Source of the DNA: an uncultured Clostridia bacterium
GTDB lineage: Bacteria; Bacillota; Clostridia; TANB77; CAG-508
Length of the DNA: 26,520 bases
Assembly: GCA_944386645.1 (NCBI GenBank)
Contig: CALXBW010000020.1
Location: 1 to 26,520 of the forward strand
Direction: 5' to 3'
In this document: one piece after another, positions 1 through 7,713 of the stretch
How the letters are laid out: every line of letters starts with the position of its first letter
Numbering within the stretch: position 1 is the stretch's first letter
Position numbers and translations under genes: made by a program
The notes under the pieces: generated by a model
What the model was told of the DNA's origin: nothing
The model's database searches: none
The model's input: only the letters and a program-made list of their open reading frames with translations

Positions 1-258
1 GCAAGTGACAATATACATTAAATATACAAACTTTACTGGAACTACCTATTTTAAGCCACTTGCATGATAATTGTGATGATTAATGCCACAAGCGTTATAC
101 CTTTGTTTTTCATAAACTATTTATCTCTCCTCTTCTTCTGTTATTTTTCTCTTCTATTTATATTTTTATTATATCCTTTAATTTCTTTTTTTATAACATT
201 TGTAAACCATTTATTCTAGCAATGTATATTCGTGCAAATATTAATAATACTATTAGGG

Positions 259-849
259 TTATTTCTCAATAGTTGCATTTCTTTTTAAATCTTTTGAATA
301 ATAAATTAAATCTGTACAATGCAAATCTCCATCCCATACTTCCTTATCATAATTATCTATAAAGTAATTTTTTATTGTCTTTTCATATATATCAAAACCT
401 TGTTTTACATAGAATGGAATATTATTTTCTGTTGTTCCAACAATAATCTTTTTATATCTTGTCTTATAGTTATCTGCCAAATATTTTATCATTTTTTTGC
501 CATAGCCTTTACCTCTAAACTCTTCTTTTGTTGCTATATTTTTTAATTCCAGAGTATCATTGTCTATCTTTGTTACTACAGAGACACAAACAAGTTCATC
601 ATTATATGTTAATACAAATAATTCACCATCAGCTAAATATTTGCTAACCATTTCTTTGCTTGGATCTGCTTTAAGGAGTAAGTCTAAATATTGTTCTTTA
701 TTATCTCTTTCTTTTTTTATATTAATTGAATGATTAACTGGTAAAAACTCGAAACTCTCTGGTAATTTAGGTTTTACTTGATCGTGGTTTAAATATCTAC
801 TTTCCTCTGAAAAAACGCAACCGGCAATATCTTTGCATATAAAGCCCAA
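259..849 (-). CDS. GNAT family N-acetyltransferase domain (small YvbK-like type). The open frame is the +1 continuation of queH and has no convincing independent start.
   Basis: ORF-track frame 259..849. It has the acetyl-CoA-binding region 'EEFRGKGYGKKMIKYL' and an N-terminal 'INIKKERDNKEQYLDLLLKADPS' typical of small GNATs. The only start candidates are a TTG at 849 with no SD, and an ATG at codon 67 that would remove the first part of the fold. Confidence 0.75.
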   Translation of the reverse strand: MGFICKDIAGCVFSEESRYLNHDQVKPKLPESFEFLPVNHSINIKKERDNKEQYLDLLLKADPSKEMVSKYLADGELFVLTYNDELVCVSVVTKIDNDTLELKNIATKEEFRGKGYGKKMIKYLADNYKTRYKKIIVGTTENNIPFYVKQGFDIYEKTIKNYFIDNYDKEVWDGDLHCTDLIYYSKDLKRNATIEK

Positions 850-1315
850 TTTCTCTGGCCTTATTTTGTCCTTCTCTAAATCCTACTCTAAAATCTCTAT
901 ATAAAAATTCTAATCCATATTTTTTAGCAATTTTCTCTCCTAAATTTTTTATTATATCATGTTTTTGATATGGGCTAACTAAAAGCGTAGTTGTAAAATA
1001 AGTATATCCATTTTCTTTTGCATATTTTGCTGTTTGTTCTAAACGAACTGGGTAGCAATAATCTTGGCACCTAGTATCTAATTTATTTACTACTTTTTTA
1101 CAAAACTCATCTAATCCATAATTCTCTTCAAATATTGATTCCACATTTATACTTTTTGTATATTCTTTTAAACAATCTCTTCTTGCTTTATATTCCATAT
1201 ATGGATGTATATTTGGATTAAACCAATATACAACTGGTTCTATATTCTCACTTCTTAGTTCATCTATACAATATACACTACATGGCGCACAACATGTATG
1301 CATTAGTAATTTCAC
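797..1315 (-). CDS. queH: Epoxyqueuosine reductase QueH (DUF208 family). The 0-frame is truncated after an in-frame CGG at 823..821.
   Basis: N-terminal 'LLMHTCCAPCS' motif and overall QueH-like sequence. The likely start is the second GTG at 1315, 8 nt after GGAG. The 0-frame ends '...LYMQRYC-RLRFFRGK*', whereas the conserved C-terminal 'YCGC' motif is completed only in the +1 frame ('GCVFSEE'). Confidence 0.85.
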   Translation of the reverse strand: MKLLMHTCCAPCSVYCIDELRSENIEPVVYWFNPNIHPYMEYKARRDCLKEYTKSINVESIFEENYGLDEFCKKVVNKLDTRCQDYCYPVRLEQTAKYAKENGYTYFTTTLLVSPYQKHDIIKNLGEKIAKKYGLEFLYRDFRVGFREGQNKAREIGLYMQRYCRLRFFRGK

Positions 1316-1336
1316 AATTATCACTCCATTCTTATA

Positions 1337-2338
1337 CTACCCTTCATATTCCACTCCTAAATGTTTATATGCAAGTGGTGTTGCAACTCTTCCTCTAGGT
1401 GTTCTTGCAATAAATCCTATTTGCATCAAATATGGTTCATACACGTCTTCTATAGTTTCAACTTCTTCACCTATTGTTGCAGCTAAAGTTTCTATTCCTA
1501 CTGGTTTTCCTAGATACTTAAATATTATAGTTTCTAGAATTTTTCTATCTATATTATCTAAACCTAATTCATCAATTTCTAATCTTAAAAGAGCTGTTTT
1601 TGCAATATCTAAATTTATATTACCATCTCCTAGTACTAATGCATAGTCCCCTACTCTTTTTAATAATCTATTAGCAATTCTAGGTGTCCCTCTTGATCTT
1701 TTTGCAATTTCTTTTGCTCCTTCACCATCTATTTCTATTTCCATTATTCCTGCAGATCTTTTTACTATTGTTTCAAGGTCATCTATATTATACAACTCTA
1801 ATCTACAAACAATACCAAATCTATCTCTAAGGGGTGTAGATAGAGAACCTGCTCTTGTTGTTGCTCCAATCAATGTAAACTTTGGTAAATCTAAACGTAT
1901 AGATCTTGCACTTGGTCCTTTTCCTATTATTATATCTAAACTATAATCTTCTAGTGCAGGATATAATATCTCTTCAATACTTCTGTTTATTCTATGTATT
2001 TCATCTATAAATAAAACGTCATTTTCAGATAAATTGGTTAGTAATGCTGCTAAATCTCCTGGTTTTTCTATAGCCGGACCTGATGTTATTCTTATATTAG
2101 AATTCATTTCTGTTGCAATTATATTTGAAAGAGTTGTTTTACCAAGTCCTGGTGGACCATATAGTAAAACATGATCCAATGGCTTTCCTCTTTTCTTTGC
2201 AGCTTCTATATACACTTTCATACTTTCTTTTACTTTGTCTTGTCCTATATATTCAGATAAAGTTCTAGGTCTTAATGATGTTTCTGAAATAGCTTCTTCA
2301 TCATCTATTATATTTGGAATTACAATATTTTCGTCCAC
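1337..2338 (-). CDS. ruvB: Holliday junction branch migration DNA helicase RuvB
   Basis: 333 aa with Walker A 'GPPGLGKTT', Walker B 'VLFIDEIH' and 'GATTRAG'. Colinear with RuvB throughout. GTG start preceded by AAGGATGG. Confidence 0.95.
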   Translation of the reverse strand: MDENIVIPNIIDDEEAISETSLRPRTLSEYIGQDKVKESMKVYIEAAKKRGKPLDHVLLYGPPGLGKTTLSNIIATEMNSNIRITSGPAIEKPGDLAALLTNLSENDVLFIDEIHRINRSIEEILYPALEDYSLDIIIGKGPSARSIRLDLPKFTLIGATTRAGSLSTPLRDRFGIVCRLELYNIDDLETIVKRSAGIMEIEIDGEGAKEIAKRSRGTPRIANRLLKRVGDYALVLGDGNINLDIAKTALLRLEIDELGLDNIDRKILETIIFKYLGKPVGIETLAATIGEEVETIEDVYEPYLMQIGFIARTPRGRVATPLAYKHLGVEYEG

Positions 2339-2368
2339 TTTATTACCATCCTTTTTTCATTTTGATAT

Positions 2369-2397
2369 ATTATATCAATGCTATAGTTTTTTTTCAA
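2369..2397 (-). promoter_or_regulatory. sigma-A type promoter for ruvB
   Basis: On the minus strand: TTGAAA (2397..2392), 17 nt spacer, TATAAT (2374..2369), about 30 nt upstream of the ruvB start. Confidence 0.55.
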
Positions 2398-2566
2398 TAT
2401 AGCCACTATACTTTTCGAAAAAATGTTTGCTATAACGTTACCATTTACAGCTTATAAAAAATAAGTATTAAAACTTTTTATTGTAATTGTAATGCTTACT
2501 TTAGTATGAATATTATATTCTTTTATGAATAAGATCACATTATTTTACTAAAATAATATAATAATA

Positions 2567-2596
2567 TTGACATTTTGTAATACGTTGTAGTACAAT
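2567..2596 (+). promoter_or_regulatory. sigma-A type promoter of the relBE-like operon, with a tandem direct-repeat operator
   Basis: TTGACA (2567..2572), 18 nt spacer, TACAAT (2591..2596). The direct repeats TTGTAATAC (2575..2583) and TTGTAGTAC (2585..2593) have a 10-nt period and overlap the spacer and -10. Confidence 0.6.
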
Positions 2597-2620
2597 AATA
2601 ACAGAAAGGAGTTGATATAT

Positions 2621-2839
2621 ATGACTATTTCAGTTAGATTAAGCGATGAAGACACAGAACTAATAAAAACTTATGCAAATATGAATAATATTTCATTATC
2701 TGATTTAATTAGAAATGCTGTATTAGAAAAAATAGAAGATGAATATGATTTAGAATGTTATAATAAAGCTATGAAAGAGTATAAGGAAAACCCTAAAACA
2801 TATACAATGGAAGAAGTAAAAGAGGAGTTGGGGCTATAG
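2621..2839 (+). CDS. Type II antitoxin, ribbon-helix-helix RelB/DinJ-like
   Basis: AGGAG SD followed by the ATG at 2621 (the ORF-track TTG at 2612 is less likely). 'ISVRLSDEDTELIKTYA...SLSDLIRNAVLEKIEDEYDL' is a typical RHH antitoxin N-terminus. Its stop overlaps the toxin start (TAGTG). Confidence 0.8.
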   Translation: MTISVRLSDEDTELIKTYANMNNISLSDLIRNAVLEKIEDEYDLECYNKAMKEYKENPKTYTMEEVKEELGL

Positions 2840-3108
2840 TGCAATATAAAATAGTGTTTACCGAAAAAGCTAAAAAACAGTTACAAAAATTAGATAGACC
2901 TATAGCAGCTCTAGTAATTGGTTGGTTAGAGAAAATTATTGAAGGCTGTGAAAATCCTAGAATTCATGGAAAAGGATTGTTAGAAAACAAATCAGGTTTA
3001 TGGAGATATCGTATAGGAAACTATAGAGTAATATGTGAAATACAAGATAAAGAAATTATTATATTAGTTTTAGAAATTGGACATAGAAAAGATATATACA
3101 AGAAATGA
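2839..3108 (+). CDS. relE: Type II toxin, RelE/ParE (RelE/StbE) family mRNA interferase
   Basis: 89 aa with 'LWRYRIGNYRVICEIQDKEIIILVLEIGHRKDIY', characteristic of RelE/StbE toxins. GTG start overlaps the antitoxin stop by 1 nt. Confidence 0.85.
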   Translation: MQYKIVFTEKAKKQLQKLDRPIAALVIGWLEKIIEGCENPRIHGKGLLENKSGLWRYRIGNYRVICEIQDKEIIILVLEIGHRKDIYKK

Positions 3109-3150
3109 AATTAACCACTTCTTATAAAAGTAAGTGATAAACACAAAAAT

Positions 3151-3188
3151 AGAGTATCAAGATTATTTGCTGTAATCATTGATACTCT
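3151..3188. terminator. Bidirectional intrinsic terminator between relE (+) and tRNA-Glu/mrnC (-)
   Basis: 15-bp stem with one bulge: AGAGTATCAAGATTA (3151..3165) pairs with TAATCATTGATACTCT (3173..3188). A T-run follows on the minus strand (ATTTTTGTGT) and T-rich sequence follows on the + strand. Confidence 0.7.
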
Positions 3189-3203
3189 AGTATTTCATTT
3201 GTT

Positions 3204-3278
3204 TGGTGACCCGTACGGGAATCGAACCCATGATTCCACCTTGAGAGGGTGGCGTCTTAGCCGCTTGACCAACGGGCC
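3204..3278 (-). tRNA. tRNA-Glu, anticodon CUC, with encoded CCA
   Basis: The reverse complement folds as a cloverleaf: acceptor GGCCCGT/ACGGGTC, D arm GTC..GAC, anticodon stem CCACC/GGTGG with loop CTCTCAA (anticodon CTC), T arm ATGGG-TTCGATT-CCCGT, discriminator A, then CCA. The body closely resembles Firmicute tRNA-Glu. Confidence 0.9.
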
Positions 3279-3313
3279 ATTTAACGTATATATTTATATC
3301 ATAAATACATACA

Positions 3314-3718
3314 TTAAGTCAAGCATAAATCTAGTATATATTTTAATCTTTCTGTATTTTTTGTTAAATATAAATAACCTATTAAGCCCTCAAATGCTGT
3401 AGCATACATATAATCTTTTAATTCTGCATTTTTTGGTAAATGATGATTTTGTGTATTTCTTGTTCTTCTTACTATGTCTTTTTCATCATCAGTTAAGTTA
3501 TTTTCTATTCTTTTTAATATTTCTGCTTGTGATTTTGCTTTTACATACTGTATAGCAGCTATATGTAATTTATTAGGTTTTGAATTTGTTTTATTAACCA
3601 AATATGTTCTAATATATAATTCATAAACACAATCACCAATATATGCCCATGTTAGTGGTGACATATTATTTACTTCTATTTCTTCCATATCTATATTATA
3701 TAAATTATAAATATCCAA
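3314..3718 (-). CDS. mrnC: Mini-ribonuclease 3 (Mini-III, 23S rRNA maturation)
   Basis: 'LTWAYIGDCVYELYIRTYL', 'KAKSQAEIL' and 'YATAFEGLIGYLYL' match the Mini-III/YazC family. TTG start at 3718 is preceded by GGTGGAG; an ATG at codon 11 is an alternative. Confidence 0.85.
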   Translation of the reverse strand: MDIYNLYNIDMEEIEVNNMSPLTWAYIGDCVYELYIRTYLVNKTNSKPNKLHIAAIQYVKAKSQAEILKRIENNLTDDEKDIVRRTRNTQNHHLPKNAELKDYMYATAFEGLIGYLYLTKNTERLKYILDLCLT

Positions 3719-3719
3719 T

Positions 3720-4593
3720 TTACTTTACTCCACCTACTTTTTCTAATGTTATTTTTCCTAATTTTCCGCTTCTAAAATCCTCTAATATTATATTGCTAAC
3801 TTTTTCTAAATCTATTTTTCCCCCTGATGAAATTGCTCCTCTTTTTTTCCCTATTGCTTCCATCAAACTTACTATATCATAATTTTCTATATTTTCTATT
3901 TTATATCGTTCCATAATATTAGTACTGTAATCATTAATAAATCTTTTTAATAATTCATATGCTAATTCTGTTTTTTCTAGTATATCATCTTTTATACTTC
4001 CTGTAAAAGCTAAATTTAAAGCTATATTTTCATTATCTAATTTTGGCCACAATACACCCGGTGTATCTAATAATTCTATAGAGTTACCTAATCTTACCCA
4101 TTGTTTTTGTTTTGTAACACCTGGTTTATTTCCTACTTTTGCTGATGTTTTTTTGGTTAATCTATTTATAAAAGAAGACTTTCCTACATTTGGAATTCCT
4201 AGTATCATAACTCTTATAGATCTTCCCACTTTTCCTTTTTTTGCATGAGTTTCTAAATCATCTTTCATTACATACTGAATTTTAGAAATTGCTTCATTTA
4301 TACCCTTTCCTGTATTTGAATCCACTAAGACTGCTTGTACATTATTAGTAGTATATTCTTGTAACCATTTTTTATTTTCTATATCTTCAGATAAATCACA
4401 TTTATTTAATACAACAATTTTTTTCTTATTCTTTATTATATCATTAATATCTGGATTGTGACTAGATACAGGAATTCTTGCATCTAATAACTCTACTACA
4501 ACATCAATTAATTTTAAATCTTCTATTATTTGCTTTTTAGTTTTATACATATGTCCGTGGGTACCAGTTTATATTAATTTTATTTTCATTCAT
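3720..4593 (-). CDS. rbgA: Ribosome biogenesis GTPase A (YlqF/RbgA). Full length requires a +1 shift at the in-frame CGG at 4557..4555.
   Basis: Circularly permuted GTPase motifs: 'NKCDL', 'GIPNVGKSSFINRL' and 'DTPGVLWPK'. The ORF-track ORF 3720..4550 starts at the M of the conserved 'PGHM' and has no SD. An SD-preceded ATG at 4593 encodes MNENKININWYP, then CGG. Skipping the C gives GHMYK... Confidence 0.85.
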
Positions 4594-4598
4594 TATTT

Positions 4599-5615
4599 TC
4601 ACTCTTCCTTTTTTTCTACTTCTTCTATCAATAAATCAAAATCTGATTTATATAATTTATCTTGCTTTACTCTATACTTTTCAAATTCTGTTAATGCTTT
4701 ATCACAAGCAATTTCGTGTGATATTTTACCTGCATCTTTTAATATATCTCTATCATCTGATAATAAAAATCTATCAATTCTTGTTGCCCAATCTTCCATA
4801 GTCATTGGTATATGTCTTCTTGCTCTATTCTCTGCCAACTCCAAAAATGCACTTACAATTCCTTCTAAATCTTTCATTTCTTCTTTGTTTAAATAGTTCT
4901 TAGCAATAATTACATCTGATTTCATTATCTTGCCATTAGGAGAATTCTTCCAATTAGTAAGTCCCATATTCTCTTTTTTTGAATCAGCTCTATTATATAT
5001 TATTTCTGATGCTGTTTGATGAGATACTGCATAATGCATTTTGTTTTGCACTTTCTTAAAAAAATCTATTGATATAGGAGATTTTGGATCATAATCAATA
5101 CTTGTAGCATAAATATCAGTTACTTTTTGATAAAATCTTCTTTCTGATAATCTTATTTCTCTTATTTCTTCTAAAAGTTTTTCAAAATAGTCTTTGTCTA
5201 TGAATGAACCATTTTTCATTCTTTCTTTATCTAATACATATCCCTGAATTGTAAAAGTTTTTAAGACTTGTGTTGCCCATCTTCTAAATTGTGTTGCTCG
5301 AATAGAATTTACTCTATAGCCCACTGAGATTATTGCATCTAAATTATAAAACTTCATTTTATATTTTTTTCCATCAGAAGCAGTTGCCGAGAATTCCTCG
5401 GTAACTGAATTGCTATCTAATTCGTTTTCTTTAAAAATATTTTTTAAATGTAAAGAAATATTATCAGTGCTACAATCAAATAGTTCAGCCATTGATTTTT
5501 GAGTCATCCATAGATTTTCGTTCTCATAGCGAACTTGTATGCCTTTATCTTTTTCTTGTACTTTAAATGTAATAAATTCTTCAGCAGAACTTCTAATTAC
5601 TAAATCTTTTGCCAT
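4599..5615 (-). CDS. rhuM: RhuM family virulence-associated protein
   Basis: 338 aa. 'NLWMTQKSMAELF...NISLHLKNIF', 'YNLDAIISVGYRVNS..ATQFRRWAT..L' and 'RRFYQKVTDIYATSIDYD' are hallmark RhuM-family segments. Confidence 0.85.
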   Translation of the reverse strand: MAKDLVIRSSAEEFITFKVQEKDKGIQVRYENENLWMTQKSMAELFDCSTDNISLHLKNIFKENELDSNSVTEEFSATASDGKKYKMKFYNLDAIISVGYRVNSIRATQFRRWATQVLKTFTIQGYVLDKERMKNGSFIDKDYFEKLLEEIREIRLSERRFYQKVTDIYATSIDYDPKSPISIDFFKKVQNKMHYAVSHQTASEIIYNRADSKKENMGLTNWKNSPNGKIMKSDVIIAKNYLNKEEMKDLEGIVSAFLELAENRARRHIPMTMEDWATRIDRFLLSDDRDILKDAGKISHEIACDKALTEFEKYRVKQDKLYKSDFDLLIEEVEKKEE

Positions 5616-5782
5616 CCTTTACCTCCTTTTCTGTTATATATTAAATATGTAATAATAATTTTTAAACAAATGCTGATATATCAATATTTTATAAGGTGTT
5701 TTCATAACTTCCCATTTTAACTTACAATTTAATTATTAATCTCTATATAATGTTATTATATATTTTTCTAATTCTATAATAA

Positions 5783-6394
5783 TCATTTCCTTTCTAATGG
5801 AGATTTTTCTATTTTATTTTCATATTGTTTAGCATATTTTTTTAATGAATCATTTACATTAATCCAATAATAATTCGTCATTGTATTATCGTTTGAATCA
5901 AATTCTGTCTTTTCTAAAATTCCACCCAAAGCTTGTATTGTTTTATTAGAGCCAATATTATCAACAGTACAATCAAGTAAAACATTTTCTTCTCCAAGTC
6001 TCTGTTCTTCTAACAAACCTAAATATAATGCAATTTTTGCATATCCTTTTCTTCGCTCAGTAGGTCTTATTCCATAGCCAATATGAGATGAACCTCTTTT
6101 AAACATTTCTTCTGAAATATTATATCTAATATTTATCATACCAACTATCCTATTATCGTTTTCTCTTACTACAAAAAATGTTTTTGAAAGACATCTATTT
6201 ATTAGTTTTACATACTCTATATCTTCTCTCTTTTTAAGTTCTACTAACCATTCTTCATATGTCATACCTTTTAAACACATATCCATACAACCTATTCCAT
6301 TTAAATCTGAATTATATTCAACAAGTTCTTCTAGGTAATCTAATGCTTCGTTTTTTCTATTTATTGTGGGTACTTCCAAAAAAATCTTTTCCAT
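5783..6394 (-). CDS. GNAT family N-acetyltransferase (COG3981-like)
   Basis: 'GYGIRPTERRKGYAKIAL' acetyl-CoA motif and overall GNAT layout. The ATG at 6394 sits 6 nt after GGAG, so it is preferred over the ORF-track ATG at 6406. Confidence 0.75.
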   Translation of the reverse strand: MEKIFLEVPTINRKNEALDYLEELVEYNSDLNGIGCMDMCLKGMTYEEWLVELKKREDIEYVKLINRCLSKTFFVVRENDNRIVGMINIRYNISEEMFKRGSSHIGYGIRPTERRKGYAKIALYLGLLEEQRLGEENVLLDCTVDNIGSNKTIQALGGILEKTEFDSNDNTMTNYYWINVNDSLKKYAKQYENKIEKSPLERK

Positions 6395-6524
6395 ATTTCT
6401 CTCCATTTTTTAATTTTATATATAAATACTTTGTATTATTCCTACTGTTTCTATACTACTTGTTATAATAACTAAAATTTGATTTATATAATGTATCTCA
6501 TCAAATAAAAAGTAGATTTACCAT

Positions 6525-6743
6525 CTACTTTTTATTATACTCATTACCCCAATCTTCGTTTGGATCAAAGTTATTTTCCAATTCCCACTTAATGTGGTTT
6601 TCTCTTGCATTTTTAACAGCTTCACAGCCATTGTTACATGTTGCACTTGCACCATCAGTAACAACAAAAAAAGGTAGATCATATTTTTTTGCAAGTTCTT
6701 TTACTTCATTACAAAACATTCTCGCTTTTTTTATTTTATCCAT
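6525..6743 (-). CDS. Hypothetical small protein (72 aa)
   Basis: ORF with an AGGAG SD and ATG start. No family recognised. Confidence 0.5.
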   Translation of the reverse strand: MDKIKKARMFCNEVKELAKKYDLPFFVVTDGASATCNNGCEAVKNARENHIKWELENNFDPNEDWGNEYNKK

Positions 6744-6768
6744 TATTATATCTCCTATTTAAAGATTT

Positions 6769-7242
6769 TTAATTAATTTTATATTGATTTTTATCTGCTC
6801 TTTCATCTAGTTTTCTATCATACTTCTTGTTTTTATAAAACCAATATGTATTTTTATCATCCTTTGATTCATTTCTATCTCTATTAAATATTAAATCATA
6901 TAATATACAGCATGCAAGTATTACTGCTATTACTGAAGAAAGTGTACTTAAATAAATGTCTGTATTTCCTCCTGAATCTATAATTGATTTTATACTATTA
7001 AATGCATCTCCTCCAAAATAATATAAATATGCTACAAAATAAATTATACCACCAATTAATTTTCTTCTAAATATTAATAGTATTGCAATAAAAGTTATAA
7101 ATAATAAGATAACCTCTGTATTTAAGTCAAATGGCTTTATTGCATATTCAAATCCCATTGCAAACATATATGTTATAATTACTCTAAAAATCCAAAACAT
7201 AACTATAAATATAGATACGAGCCAACTAAATAAATTCTTCAT
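6769..7242 (-). CDS. Hypothetical integral membrane protein (about 4 TM segments)
   Basis: ORF with a GGGGAG SD. Several long hydrophobic stretches and a charged C-terminal tail. Confidence 0.55.
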   Translation of the reverse strand: MKNLFSWLVSIFIVMFWIFRVIITYMFAMGFEYAIKPFDLNTEVILLFITFIAILLIFRRKLIGGIIYFVAYLYYFGGDAFNSIKSIIDSGGNTDIYLSTLSSVIAVILACCILYDLIFNRDRNESKDDKNTYWFYKNKKYDRKLDERADKNQYKIN

Positions 7243-7300
7243 ATGTATCTCCCCATTTCTAATATATTAATCCTATAAATAAATTCTAACATATATTAAT

Positions 7301-7666
7301 TTAATTATCAATATTTGTATTTTCCACAGAATCAATTATATCTTTACATTCTCTCCAATTTGTAGTTTTTATGTAATCATATTCTTTTCCTAATTTATCA
7401 ATAATTTCACGTGTAGAATCTTTCGATTCCAAATCTGTTAAAATTATATCTTTTATATTATCTTCTTTTCCATATATAACCCTAAACAAAAAATTTCTCA
7501 TAAATCCTTCTATTTTCTCTTCTTGATTTTTCGCAGCTACAATAATATAAATACCATCTGGTTTTAAATTTGTATATGAAAATATATAATATATTGTTTT
7601 TATAATCTCTGCTAATCCATATAAAGCTAGAGTCCACAAAACAGCGCTTAAAATAAAATTAGTCAT
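7301..7666 (-). CDS. Hypothetical membrane-anchored protein (121 aa)
   Basis: ORF with a GAGAGGTG SD. N-terminal TM helix 'FILSAVLWTLALYGLAEII'. Does not resemble SpoIIIAB. Confidence 0.5.
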   Translation of the reverse strand: MTNFILSAVLWTLALYGLAEIIKTIYYIFSYTNLKPDGIYIIVAAKNQEEKIEGFMRNFLFRVIYGKEDNIKDIILTDLESKDSTREIIDKLGKEYDYIKTTNWRECKDIIDSVENTNIDN

Positions 7667-7713
7667 AGCATAGCACCTCTCTAAACTATAATATGACTAA
7701 TCAAATATTTTTG

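Noticed and set aside
51-113. 20-codon minus-strand ORF MKNKGITLVALIITIIMQVA with a GGAGAG SD, reminiscent of a prepilin-type leader (KG-xTLxE)
   Set aside because: It lacks the conserved Glu5, is only 20 codons long, and the downstream sequence runs off the window edge. I cannot distinguish a truncated pilin gene, a small hydrophobic peptide and chance.
3199-3402. 67-aa + strand ORF
   Set aside because: It overlaps the reverse complement of the tRNA-Glu gene and the 3' end of mrnC, so it is an artefact of the GC-rich tRNA sequence.
5783-6743. The GNAT (5783..6394) plus the upstream 72-aa ORF as a GNAT-RHH toxin-antitoxin pair
   Set aside because: The genes are about 130 nt apart, the small protein shows no RHH/DUF1778-like N-terminus, and the GNAT resembles the COG3981 housekeeping type rather than TacT/AtaT toxins.
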